64,000 nt of DNA. It comes from a virus. Its lineage: Duplodnaviria; Caudoviricetes. The notes below the pieces were generated by a model, which was not told the DNA's origin, made no database searches, and was given only the letters and a program-made list of their open reading frames with translations. Position numbers and translations under genes: made by a program. This document shows positions 10,116-19,534 of this stretch, piece by piece (position 1 is the first letter of the stretch; every line of letters starts with the position of its first letter). Location: positions 128,001 to 192,000 of IMG/VR virus record IMGVR_UViG_3300021400_001148; one strand, written 5' to 3'.

Positions 10116-10301
10116 TCAATCTTCCTCGTAATTTTCTATGGTTTTGTATTTAGGCTTTTTGTAAGCCTTCTCGCTTTGGTGGATTTTCTTTCCGCCTGCG
10201 GTGGTTATCTGCTTGCCGTGGAGTTCTATTTCAAGGTCTCTTGACGCTTTCTTCATCGCCTTGAGATAATCTTTTTCAGTTATTCTGCCTTTTGGTTTCA
10301 T
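10116..10301 (-). CDS. small basic hypothetical protein
   Basis: MKPKGRITEKDYLKAMKKASRDLEIELHGK...; start overlaps the upstream stop. Confidence 0.7.
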   Translation of the reverse strand: MKPKGRITEKDYLKAMKKASRDLEIELHGKQITTAGGKKIHQSEKAYKKPKYKTIENYEED

Positions 10302-10558
10302 CAGTCGCAATAAAATAAAATTGTTTCATTGTCCACCTGTCCGAGAAAATCTTCCTGCTGTTCTTCCGTCCAATTGTGGTCAGTCATCCACTCGTCCATC
10401 TGCTCATCGATTTCATCGGCAAGGGACGGGTCGGCCATTGAAAGCGGGCAGCGCATCCTGTCCATTACATTGAGAGCGTGCTGAACCCGCGGCTCATACT
10501 CTTCTATGTTTTTGTGGCAAAGTGCCTCGATTTCTTTTACGATTGTTTTTGTATCCAT
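10301..10558 (-). CDS. hypothetical protein
   Basis: Start corrected to MDTKTIV. Confidence 0.75.
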   Translation of the reverse strand: MDTKTIVKEIEALCHKNIEEYEPRVQHALNVMDRMRCPLSMADPSLADEIDEQMDEWMTDHNWTEEQQEDFLGQVDNETILFYCD

Positions 10559-10660
10559 GTCATTTCCTTTTGACATTACAAATATAGCGAAAAACTCTGA
10601 ATTTTCGGCTGGTCAGGCGCAAAACCGGCAGCCAGCCTTGCGCCAAAAAAAAAGAGGAGA

Positions 10661-11209
10661 TTACTCCCCTCTTGCCTTTACCATATTTTCTTCATGCCGT
10701 CGCTCGTCCTGCAGGTCATTCACAAAATCCTTGCGTTCCGCCTTGTTGCGTTTTTCATTGGCTTTGAGGACAGCGTTTCGGTTGCCTGCGATACGAATCC
10801 AACAGTAAATTGTGCCGCGTTTCTCGACCTCGTAGGTAATTACATTGGTATTGTCCGCCCGAAGCTCAGCCGTTCCGCTTGTAAATGTCCAATTGGTAAA
10901 GTCCTTTGTGTATTCATCTTCACCGCTGGCACGCGAGGTACGACTTTCCGCGTAGGTCTCCGTCTTGGCCGTGATTCTTTTCACAAACTCACCGCGGAGG
11001 TCATTTTCGAGTTCGGCCTGTTTGCTCCTGCGGACGATGTCGGAAGCACCCACGGGGTAAGTTGTGTAACCCTCAACAAAGACAACATTCTTGTCCTTGA
11101 CTTCCTCGAAAGGAGAACCGATTTTGTTGGGCTGGAGAGAGAAATCCTTGATGGTTCCGCAAGACACCGCAAGCAGAACAAAAACCATGATTGTAAATAA
11201 CTTCTTCAT
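10661..11209 (-). CDS. predicted lipoprotein
   Basis: Corrected start MKKLFTIMVFVLLAVSC = signal peptide II with lipobox Cys. Confidence 0.75.
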   Translation of the reverse strand: MKKLFTIMVFVLLAVSCGTIKDFSLQPNKIGSPFEEVKDKNVVFVEGYTTYPVGASDIVRRSKQAELENDLRGEFVKRITAKTETYAESRTSRASGEDEYTKDFTNWTFTSGTAELRADNTNVITYEVEKRGTIYCWIRIAGNRNAVLKANEKRNKAERKDFVNDLQDERRHEENMVKARGE

Positions 11210-11310
11210 ATTCGTTCCTTTTTCTATTACAAATATAGTGATAATTTTTGATAGTCTTGGGGTTTCGGCGCAAAGTCGGCAGCCACCCTTGCGCCCAAAA
11301 AAGAAAACCT

Positions 11311-11586
11311 CTATCCGATGGACTTGAGGTATTCCTTTATTTTCCAGAGCATTTCTGCAGGGGTTTCCACTTTCTTGCGGTGCATCACCCACGAAGTTCG
11401 CTCGTTTGTGGTGTTCATCATGGTCTCGTTGCAGAGAATATAAATCCGTTCATAACCCCCCACCCCCACAAAGGTTGCGATACCAACGGGATTTTCCCCA
11501 CAATATTCAGACTTTACAAAGCCGAGGTTTGTCAACTCTTTTTCGAGTTCAGCCTGCTCCGAGGTGTTTTTGAAACGATAGTACAT
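11311..11586 (-). CDS. hypothetical protein
   Basis: Coupled to the upstream gene. Confidence 0.75.
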   Translation of the reverse strand: MYYRFKNTSEQAELEKELTNLGFVKSEYCGENPVGIATFVGVGGYERIYILCNETMMNTTNERTSWVMHRKKVETPAEMLWKIKEYLKSIG

Positions 11587-11587
11587 A

Positions 11588-12085
11588 TTACCTGCTCCAA
11601 ATTGGTTGTTTGAAAATATTGTCCTCGCGTGAAATGTTCCACGCCTTTTCTACCTGCTCCCAAGTAAGACCGAAAAGTTCAAGGTCTTCTTCGGGGTTGA
11701 ACTGGTATTCGTCCCAATAGGTCTCCGGGGACTGCCAATCGACCATGTTGAAAACAAACTCCGCAACCTTTTCAAATCCTTCTCCACCCACGAGGTTGAG
11801 GAGGTCTTCGTAAGTCCAGCCGTTATTTTTGAAAACTTCTTCTCTCGATTCCTCATATTCTTCCCTTGTCAGTTCGTTGAAGATAAACTTTTCCTTGAGG
11901 TCTGCAAGGTCGTCTTCAATCTGCTCAAGGCCGAACTCCGAGATATAGCAAATACCTTTCTTTTCACCAAAAGCTTTCTTGTCTTTGTAGCAAACGCCAT
12001 TGAAAGTGCTTTCCCCAGTGTAGGAGAGGACTTTTCCATTTTCCTCTTCGTGGCGATAACCGATTGTTGCGAAAACTATTTTCAT
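11588..12085 (-). CDS. hypothetical protein
   Basis: Follows promoter 12106. Confidence 0.8.
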   Translation of the reverse strand: MKIVFATIGYRHEEENGKVLSYTGESTFNGVCYKDKKAFGEKKGICYISEFGLEQIEDDLADLKEKFIFNELTREEYEESREEVFKNNGWTYEDLLNLVGGEGFEKVAEFVFNMVDWQSPETYWDEYQFNPEEDLELFGLTWEQVEKAWNISREDNIFKQPIWSR

Positions 12086-12229
12086 CTTTTTCCCTTTCGT
12101 TACTACAAAGATAATAAAATAAAATCATATTCGTTTGGGTACAGCGCAATGCCGGCAGCCGCCTTCGCGCCAAAAGAAAAGGGGCGGCACCCCAGCGGCC
12201 ACCCCATTGAAACCGTACTCACTTGAGTA

Positions 12230-12667
12230 CTATATGCCGAGCAACTGCCCCATCAGCATAAGTCCTTCAACGGCCTTGACATCCTCCTCGCTGTTCATCA
12301 CGATGTTGGAGTTTGCCAGCATCTCCTTCTGACGCGGGCTGCAGGCGTCATGGATTTTCTTGAAATTCTGGAACATGGCTTCAGCCTTTTCACTTTCAGC
12401 CTTTGCCTTGCGGTCAATCAGCTGGGCGTAAACCTCACCCTGAAGGTCTTTGGGAAGTTTGGCGATGGCTTTCTTGAGAGCAGATTCGTAGTCGAATCTC
12501 TGCCAGTCGCGACCGCACCATGACACCTTGCTGTCACTCATGTTGTGGGTAATACAGCGGACTGTCTCACAGTAACCCATACGGGTGTCGGTAGACCAAG
12601 CTTTGAAAATAACGAGTTCACCGTTGACATTAGCCTCGAAACGGCTCTGATTGTATACTTTTGCCAT
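12230..12667 (-). CDS. hypothetical protein
   Basis: 145 aa, second gene in its unit. Confidence 0.8.
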   Translation of the reverse strand: MAKVYNQSRFEANVNGELVIFKAWSTDTRMGYCETVRCITHNMSDSKVSWCGRDWQRFDYESALKKAIAKLPKDLQGEVYAQLIDRKAKAESEKAEAMFQNFKKIHDACSPRQKEMLANSNIVMNSEEDVKAVEGLMLMGQLLGI

Positions 12668-12678
12668 AGTCGTAAGAA

Positions 12679-12942
12679 TTAGCGGTTTAACATATCTTTG
12701 AGTTCCTTGAGTCCGTTGACAATCTCAACTTCAGCGGTGTAAACACCCTTGACTGAATCCCACACGCGTCTTGTAACCTCAACCTTTTCGATTACCCCAT
12801 CCCCGTTGATTCGCAGGGAAATGATTGGCCTGTTACCTTTTGACCAGTCTTCGAGGTGAGCCAACCCCATCCCAGGCACTTCGTTGGTCTTCCTATAGCC
12901 AGCTGCCTTGAGGTTCCTTTTTGCACTTTCGTAGTTAATCAT
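12679..12942 (-). CDS. hypothetical protein
   Basis: Start corrected to MINYES. Confidence 0.75.
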   Translation of the reverse strand: MINYESAKRNLKAAGYRKTNEVPGMGLAHLEDWSKGNRPIISLRINGDGVIEKVEVTRRVWDSVKGVYTAEVEIVNGLKELKDMLNR

Positions 12943-13034
12943 ATCTTTTCCTTTTGACATTACAAATATACCACAATTTTATTATAAATTTGTGGCATAG
13001 GCGCAACCACGGCAGCCTTCCTTGCGCCCAAAAG

Positions 13035-13335
13035 AAAAAGCCCCGTGGCTGGGGCAAGTTCAACAAATCTAAAAAATCGAGTAATAAAATAAATAATATA
13101 TCTTGTTCCTCTTGGCGGTTGGGTGGTTCAGTAGTGGTTTGCCAGACCTTCTACTTATCGAGGGTTTTCAATTGACCTCGCACCCTTTGTTCCTCCCTTT
13201 GGGAGAATGCCGACAGCCTCCTAACTTTCCCCTTTTTGCCATTTAGGTCTTCTTGGCGGTGGTGGCCACTCACTGGGGTAATGCTTACTCTTGGTTTGTC
13301 GTAGTGCTTAGAGTTTCGTACCTAACTTCGTTTGT
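13035..13335 (-). ncRNA. candidate small RNA (promoter-to-terminator unit lacking a normal ORF)
   Basis: Promoter 13340 with half-site 13377 and terminator GCCCC..GGGGC at about 13040-13056; no ATG near the start; only a 24-codon internal ORF. Confidence 0.4.
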
Positions 13336-13401
13336 ATTACAAATATACTACATTTTGTTTTTGTTTTGTCAGTTCCGGCGCAACGCACGCCCCTCCCACT
13401 T

Positions 13402-13710
13402 TTATACACTAATTTTAATCATGTCGGGAAGTCCGTTGGCAGAGTAGCCCCACCACTGCCTGCTGACCTTGAACCCCTCGGAGGTAAGGAATTTGATAAG
13501 GGCGGGGAACTTTTTGTTATCAAAAATTCCTACCTTGCAACCCTCGGCAGACGATGTACCACAAAGGGAATCAATGCAGACATATCCAATCCTCTTGATG
13601 CCTGCGGCTATCGTGGAAAGAATCTCATCTTTCCTCGGCATAATCTCGTTGTCAATAATCTGCTGGTCAGTGTTGGCCATTTCGGCTTTGAGTGTTTCTG
13701 CGTAGTTCAT
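13402..13710 (-). CDS. hypothetical protein
   Basis: Start corrected to MNYAETL. Confidence 0.8.
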   Translation of the reverse strand: MNYAETLKAEMANTDQQIIDNEIMPRKDEILSTIAAGIKRIGYVCIDSLCGTSSAEGCKVGIFDNKKFPALIKFLTSEGFKVSRQWWGYSANGLPDMIKISV

Positions 13711-13868
13711 ATCTTTGTCCTTTTGTTTACATAACAAAGATAGTGAAATTATTTGAAAACATACCAACCAAGGCGCAACCGCGGCAGCCGCTTTTGCGCC
13801 AAAAAGAAAAGGGGGCACCGGTCACACCAACATAGTTGGGTTTACAGCCGAATTTAAGCCCCTTGTTT

Positions 13869-14105
13869 CTATATGTCGCAGAACCTGTTTACAAGCCTTA
13901 TACTGCCGTTTGCAAGTTTCTCATTGAAAAACCTTTCGGACATACTCCAAAAATCGGAAATGCTCAGTTCCTCTGGGTTTTTGACCTTGCAGAAAGTGTA
14001 ATATGTCGCACCATATATCTGCCTCGTTTCCTTTGTGCGGAAGTAAAGTTCTTCTTTACCCGAATAAGGAAATTTGTAAGCGATTATCTGACCAATTTCT
14101 ACCAT
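13869..14105 (-). CDS. hypothetical protein
   Basis: Follows promoter 14129. Confidence 0.75.
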   Translation of the reverse strand: MVEIGQIIAYKFPYSGKEELYFRTKETRQIYGATYYTFCKVKNPEELSISDFWSMSERFFNEKLANGSIRLVNRFCDI

Positions 14106-14178
14106 AGTTGTTCTCGTTTGTTTCTATACAAATGTAACGAAAACATTTGAAAGCCTTTCAGCTTCGGCGCAGCAGAGG

Positions 14179-14415
14179 TCAAACCTCTTCTTCAAGGTAC
14201 TTGACAAGCTCCTTCTCGTTATCGGTGGTAAACATATACTGCCCAGCAAACCCCGACCAAAAAAGATGCACCTGCCATATGGTGGCGAAAACATAATTGT
14301 AGCCACGCCTATCAAAAAGCACATAATAGGCAGTATCGTTGATAAGCACAGGCTGAACGGTTTCGTCCGACCTATCACAGTATTCAACATCAAGCCATTT
14401 GATTCTATTTTTCAT
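14179..14415 (-). CDS. hypothetical protein
   Basis: Second gene in its unit. Confidence 0.7.
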   Translation of the reverse strand: MKNRIKWLDVEYCDRSDETVQPVLINDTAYYVLFDRRGYNYVFATIWQVHLFWSGFAGQYMFTTDNEKELVKYLEEEV

Positions 14416-14421
14416 ATCCGT

Positions 14422-14655
14422 CTAATAATAACCGTTTGCAAGGTTTTTAATTTCCTTTTTCATATCCTCATTGTTGGAGATGATTACATCCCTGCGGACG
14501 GGGTCTCGGCTTGGTTCGTCGAAATAATATCCCCTTTGTGTATGCACAGAATTTATCTCAACAAGTTCCCCGCCGCCCAAAAGAGGGCTGGTTTTTACTG
14601 AATACCCCCTTTCAAGAAGTTTCTGAAATGTTTCATTGTCTATGAACTTACTCAT
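14422..14655 (-). CDS. hypothetical protein
   Basis: Follows promoter 14676. Confidence 0.75.
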   Translation of the reverse strand: MSKFIDNETFQKLLERGYSVKTSPLLGGGELVEINSVHTQRGYYFDEPSRDPVRRDVIISNNEDMKKEIKNLANGYY

Positions 14656-14838
14656 AACCTTTTCTTTTTGTATTACAAATGTAATGATTTAGAATGTAAA
14701 TCTCGGGAGTGAGGCGCAAAGGCGGCTGCCAGCCTTGCGCTTAAAGGAAAACCCCGGGGTTGCTCATGTCCCGGGGATTGTTAGAGGATTTGCTGAAGAT
14801 AACCCCACTCTTGGGAACCTTGTCGGTTTATTCAAATC

Positions 14839-15120
14839 CTACCAAATTGTCAGGAATGCGTAATCGTTGTCCTTGTCAGCCTCTTCGAGAATAAGGCTGG
14901 CGGTTGTACCCCAAACCTCGTCTTTTTCCATTTTTCTTAATGTGGAGAAAGGAATTTCAACCTCGGTTTCTTCTTCATTGATAAAGATACCGTCATCTAT
15001 TTCAGTGCCCATTTTTGAACGGAGGAACTGAAGGAATTTCTCTACCTCGTCCCAGCCATTGATGGCGTTTCGGCCGTATTCTACTTTGTAGATTTTTGCT
15101 GTGTGTAATGATAATGCCAT
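14839..15120 (-). CDS. hypothetical protein
   Basis: Follows promoter 15144. Confidence 0.75.
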   Translation of the reverse strand: MALSLHTAKIYKVEYGRNAINGWDEVEKFLQFLRSKMGTEIDDGIFINEEETEVEIPFSTLRKMEKDEVWGTTASLILEEADKDNDYAFLTIW

Positions 15121-15254
15121 AGTGTTGTGTTTTTCTTACAGTACAAAGATAGTAAGATAAAGTCGTACTCATCCGAGTACGGCGCAGTGCCGGCAGCCGC
15201 CTTTGCGCTTAAAAAGAAAAGGGGATTTCTCCCCTCTCTCAAATCTCTCAAAAG

Positions 15255-15416
15255 TTATTCCCCAATGTAGACAACACTTGCACCGAGTGTCGGCATATTA
15301 CTGTTGAGGTATTTTTGTGCTTCTTCTGGTGTCTTGAACCGCACAGGCTTATGAAATCCGTTAAGTGTTCCAAACGTCGGGCCCCAACCGCCCTCGACGA
15401 GCACCAAGCCGTCCAT
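15255..15416 (-). CDS. small hypothetical protein (not in ORF track)
   Basis: MDGLVLVEGGWGPTFGTLNGFHKPVRFKTPEEAQKYL...; start could be 15431. Confidence 0.55.
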   Translation of the reverse strand: MDGLVLVEGGWGPTFGTLNGFHKPVRFKTPEEAQKYLNSNMPTLGASVVYIGE

Positions 15417-15418
15417 TC

Positions 15419-15796
15419 CTATTCCGTACATACGCGTTTCGTCATTTGTTGTACTCTGAGCAAATTTGATTTGCGTGTTCCGTTCATATATTCCAAGAGA
15501 GTGGCAAGGTCTTCAGTCTCAAAGAAATGCTCTGAAGCAAGGACAGTCTGCTCATCACCATACGCGGACTTTACCGTTATTTTGAGAAAACCAAGGTTGT
15601 CTTGAAACACCTCAAAAACATCGGGATAAGCCCCAGTTTCATCGGGGTATGATACAGCCACATCACAGTAGACTTTCTCTTCCTCCTCCACTTCATCCCA
15701 TCTGCGGAAAATAAATTTGGTTCTATTTTCAGTGAGGGCAATCATTTCAGCAAGTATGCCTTTGCGAATTTCTTTGAGAACAGTTGTGTAATTCAT
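15419..15796 (-). CDS. hypothetical protein
   Basis: Start corrected to MNYTTVL. Confidence 0.75.
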   Translation of the reverse strand: MNYTTVLKEIRKGILAEMIALTENRTKFIFRRWDEVEEEEKVYCDVAVSYPDETGAYPDVFEVFQDNLGFLKITVKSAYGDEQTVLASEHFFETEDLATLLEYMNGTRKSNLLRVQQMTKRVCTE

Positions 15797-15914
15797 ATTC
15801 GTTTCCTTTTTACAATACAAATATAATGAAAAACTTTCCGTTGCTGGTGAATTTGGCGCAAAGCCGGCAGCCAGCCTTGCGCCTAAAAAGAAAAGGGGAT
15901 TTCTCCCCCTTTCG

Positions 15915-16223
15915 TTAGTCGATGTAGCCGAATGTGCCGTCCGCAAGGCCTTTCCTGCGTTCCTTTGCGTTGTAACCGCACCACCGCCCGACATGGCCCG
16001 AAGTGGTGTGGGAGCAGTCATGCTCACAGCCGAAATAGTAGCGACCTTCGCTCCTGATATACACACCCACGATGGTTTCGTAGGACTGAAAAACCTCTCC
16101 GTTTTCATAGTAGATTATGAACTGATTGGGGGCTTTGCCATAGCCGTTTCTGGAGGGGCCGTTGGTTATCTTCCTGAGGGTGCCGAGTTTGGCAGAGAGC
16201 TGGGACATTGTCATTTTTTCCAT
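15915..16223 (-). CDS. hypothetical phage protein
   Basis: Start corrected to MEKMTMS; NQF....FQSY.T.V..S.TT..H motif. Confidence 0.8.
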   Translation of the reverse strand: MEKMTMSQLSAKLGTLRKITNGPSRNGYGKAPNQFIIYYENGEVFQSYETIVGVYIRSEGRYYFGCEHDCSHTTSGHVGRWCGYNAKERRKGLADGTFGYID

Positions 16224-16526
16224 ATCTTCTTGTTTTCTGATTACATTACAAAGATACAACATTTTCTTTAGTGTGCTGTAGGTTGGGCGCAACGGGGGCA
16301 GCCGCCTTTGCGCCTAAAAAGAAACGGAATGGTGTCCCACTCCGTTTCCACATATAGCCGTCTTCGAGCGGTTTTACCTCTACCTCATTACCCCAAAAGG
16401 TAAGCCCGGTGTTAGATTCGGCATTTATGTTTGCAACGAATTGCCCTCGTTGCCAGAGCCCAACCTCGTTTCCCTCCCTCGGTCGGCATTGGGCGCGGTC
16501 AGCTACTCCGCCTTCAGTTCTCTTTT

Positions 16527-16688
16527 TTACAAATGTGGCAAAATCTTTTCATCAAAGATAAGGCAGTTGAATACCCCGATGATTGAGAGGATAAGGTATC
16601 CCATATCACTTCGCCATTTCAGTGCTACGAATACAATCGGCAGGATTATCACCGCATACCCCAATATTCTTTTTGCTTTTGTGCTCAT
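16527..16688 (-). CDS. small two-helix membrane protein, 53 aa (not in ORF track)
   Basis: MSTKAKRILGYAVIILPIVFVALKWRSDMGYLILSIIGVFNCLIF...; follows promoter 16709. Confidence 0.65.
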   Translation of the reverse strand: MSTKAKRILGYAVIILPIVFVALKWRSDMGYLILSIIGVFNCLIFDEKILPHL

Positions 16689-16807
16689 ATCATTTCCTTT
16701 TGACATTACAAATATAATACAATTATCGCAAATGCTGTCAGTTTCGGCGCAGCATCGGCAGCCGCCTTAGCGCCCAAAGGAAAACCCTCGCTCGGAGGGT
16801 TGCCCAA

Positions 16808-17605
16808 TCAGTAGATTTTTTCCTGATACTTCACTCGCCCCGTAGGGGTTTTGATAGTGATTTCTATGTACTTCCGCTTTTCGCCCTCGCACTCCACTTC
16901 GTAGTATTCGGAGTGTTTGCGTTCAAAGTCATCTATGTAGTTCTCCTCGCCCCTCTTGACTGAGATAGTGTCCTTGCTACCCCTTGCCTTGCGGAGTTCT
17001 TCAAGTATCCTTGCACACTTGTTCGGCTTGTTGTCAAGGAAACACCTCTCGCCATACTCGTCCCAAAGCCTTCCCCTCTTGCCACCCATAGCCGCGGAGA
17101 AGAGTTCATAGTTTCCGAGCGGCTTGTTGTACCCACCGAAGTTGGGGCCAGCCAGCGCGTACTTGTTGAGGTAGTTCTGCAAGGCCTTGTACTCCTTGCA
17201 AGGGGCATCTGCAAGGCAGACCTTTGCGATGTACTTCAACTTGTAGGTACACCAATAGGAAACCCCATTGTTGTACTCTATGGTATCTTCGACCACAGAC
17301 AGACCGCTCCACCCCTTTGTTTTCTTCAGCTGGTCAAACATCTTGCCGAGTTCGCAGAACACTTCGGAAATATCGGTGCGAGTTTTTACACTGCCCATTT
17401 CCTTGTTGTTCATCTTGATGGTGTAGGAATCGGTGTACCTCTTCCCATCTTTGTCCCACTTATCATTATCCCACACTGCGAAGTCCACCATTTGGCTCTT
17501 CCTGCTCCAAGAACCGAGAGGGAGACCTTTGTTAGACTTGCGTGTGCTTGCAAGGGCGGTCTTTGCCGCCTTGAAAATCTTTTCTGCCAATGTCTTGTTG
17601 TCCAT
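16808..17605 (-). CDS. basic hypothetical protein
   Basis: 265 aa, follows promoter 17630. Confidence 0.85.
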   Translation of the reverse strand: MDNKTLAEKIFKAAKTALASTRKSNKGLPLGSWSRKSQMVDFAVWDNDKWDKDGKRYTDSYTIKMNNKEMGSVKTRTDISEVFCELGKMFDQLKKTKGWSGLSVVEDTIEYNNGVSYWCTYKLKYIAKVCLADAPCKEYKALQNYLNKYALAGPNFGGYNKPLGNYELFSAAMGGKRGRLWDEYGERCFLDNKPNKCARILEELRKARGSKDTISVKRGEENYIDDFERKHSEYYEVECEGEKRKYIEITIKTPTGRVKYQEKIY

Positions 17606-17727
17606 ACCTTTGTGCTTTTGTTTACATTACAAAGATACACATTTCTCCGCAAGGCCGGTGTCCGGTGGCGCGGACGGGGCAGCCATCATCGCGCCGAGAA
17701 GAAAACCCTCACTTGGAGGGTTCGCTT

Positions 17728-18165
17728 TTACTGCTCAGCCTGAGCCTTTTCGTACTCCTTTGCAAGGTCAAGGAGGAAACTGAACACATCAGCCGCGTTC
17801 TCCCAACCTCCGTCAAGGACATCACACCACGCGCCATCACAAAGCCACTTCGGAGATTTTTTGTCTTCGGGGTCATAGTTCGGATTCTTGTAATAAACAA
17901 AACTCTCGAACCAATTGTTATTGTCCACATACACGCGTTCATCGTTCCATGCCTTTCCATTGTGGAAAAGTTCCACAAGTTCTTCGGGAAACTGTGAGGA
18001 CGCTCTATAGGATTCGTCATTGAAAACCACACGGACATCTCCTGCAACCCTGATAGAAACATAAAGACCGTCAGTTTCAAGGCTGGCAACTTCCTGACCG
18101 CTGTCGAGTTCCATTGAATCGTTTACACCGAGAAGAAAATCGGCTACTGAAAAATCGTATTTCAT
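17728..18165 (-). CDS. hypothetical protein
   Basis: Start corrected to MKYDFSV. Confidence 0.8.
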   Translation of the reverse strand: MKYDFSVADFLLGVNDSMELDSGQEVASLETDGLYVSIRVAGDVRVVFNDESYRASSQFPEELVELFHNGKAWNDERVYVDNNNWFESFVYYKNPNYDPEDKKSPKWLCDGAWCDVLDGGWENAADVFSFLLDLAKEYEKAQAEQ

Positions 18166-18359
18166 ATCTTTGTTTCTTGGTTTATACAAATATAGTAATA
18201 AAATCCCAGACCTACTCCACCAAGGCGCAGCATCGGCAGCCGACCTTGCGCCAAAAAAGAAACGGAATGGCGTCCCACTCCGTTTCAGAAAAAGTCGGCT
18301 TCGAGCGGTTTTATCTCTACCTCATTACCCCAAAGGGCAAGCCCGGTGTCAAGCTTCGA

Positions 18360-18680
18360 CTATATTTCAAACATATCCCTGACCATACTCTCAAGGTCTT
18401 TCGCTGTTTTAACACCCCTCCGCCTGAACTCCTCATTCAACTGCCTTGTGGTTACATACTTTGAGCAAGCGTAATATTCAGACGGATAGGATACTTCAAT
18501 CACCCTGAAAGTGCCTGTCTTCCAATCGTAGTCACATTCCCCCTCCCATGTGGCGTCTCCCGTACAGAAAGGATATGCACTGGAGCGTAAAGCAACTACC
18601 TCTGCGTGTGCTTTGAAACCCAATTTCTTTGCAGTATCGTTGATGAACTTTGCGAAAACTTTGCTAACTTGTACTTTCAT
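18360..18680 (-). CDS. hypothetical protein
   Basis: Start corrected to MKVQVSK. Confidence 0.8.
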   Translation of the reverse strand: MKVQVSKVFAKFINDTAKKLGFKAHAEVVALRSSAYPFCTGDATWEGECDYDWKTGTFRVIEVSYPSEYYACSKYVTTRQLNEEFRRRGVKTAKDLESMVRDMFEI

Positions 18681-18817
18681 AGTGTGTTCCCTTGTTTGCA
18701 TTACAAATATAGCCAATTTCTTTGAAAGGGCGGTCTTGTCTGGCGCAGCGGGGGCAGCCTGCCTTGCGCCTGAAAGAAAACCCCGAGAGCAATGCCCCCG
18801 GGGGAAACCAAAAAACA

Positions 18818-19114
18818 TCAGTCGATATACCCGAGAAATCTCGTTTCATACACTCCCCAGCCATCGGCTATATACCAATCATGGGCTTTCTGCTCAGCCT
18901 CTTCCTCCGAGGAGGCCACGATGATTTCTTTTCTCGTTCTGCTTTCGTGATAGGGAAGCCCGAGGACAAAAAGTGTCGCTTCGTACTTTCCCGCCTTTGT
19001 CTCTGGCTCATAGGTAAGGCCGAGAAAATGCTTTGCAATTTCAAAGGTGTCTGCGTAGGGGTTTTCCTCAATGAATTTCCCCAGTTCTTTTTCAATAAAT
19101 CCGTCTCTTGACAT
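18818..19114 (-). CDS. hypothetical protein
   Basis: N-terminus resembles that of 8078..8617 (FIE.EL..F+..NP....IA.HFL.LT). Confidence 0.75.
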   Translation of the reverse strand: MSRDGFIEKELGKFIEENPYADTFEIAKHFLGLTYEPETKAGKYEATLFVLGLPYHESRTRKEIIVASSEEEAEQKAHDWYIADGWGVYETRFLGYID

Positions 19115-19138
19115 AGTGTATTGTGTTTTGGTGTTTGC

Positions 19139-19381
19139 CTATTTGAAAATCGCCCAAAAATCAAGTTTGCAGACCAGCTCATCAACCTTGTTGCCCACCC
19201 TTTGGGCGAGTTCCCAAGCACCCTCATCAACCACTCCGTTTTCATCCTCGAAAACCTCTCCATCCGCACACCAATCAACGAACCTTTCAGTTCCCTGCTC
19301 CAACTCAATGTCATTGTAGAGCATATTGGTAATCTGATTTGCGACTTTCTTGATTTGTTCCTTTGTGTAATGCTTAACCAT
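19139..19381 (-). CDS. hypothetical protein
   Basis: Start corrected to MVKHYTK. Confidence 0.75.
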   Translation of the reverse strand: MVKHYTKEQIKKVANQITNMLYNDIELEQGTERFVDWCADGEVFEDENGVVDEGAWELAQRVGNKVDELVCKLDFWAIFK

Positions 19382-19534
19382 AGTGTTTGTTCTTTTACAT
19401 AACAAAGATAAGAAAAATCTCTTCCAGACCAGCGGACAAGGCGCAGCATCGGCAGCCGACCTTGCGCCACAAAAAAAAACGGAGGGTATCTCACGACAGC
19501 CCCCGTTACCCCTTATCTAACCCTATCTAAAATC

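Noticed and set aside
13275-18330. 9-nt complementarity (CATTACCCC / GGGGTAATG) between the candidate sRNA and the duplicated 3' element
   Set aside because: Too short to exceed chance in a region this size.
16320-18352. Hammerhead or twister ribozyme in the duplicated element
   Set aside because: Catalytic cores (CUGANGA...GAAA; twister P4/pseudoknots) could not be matched.
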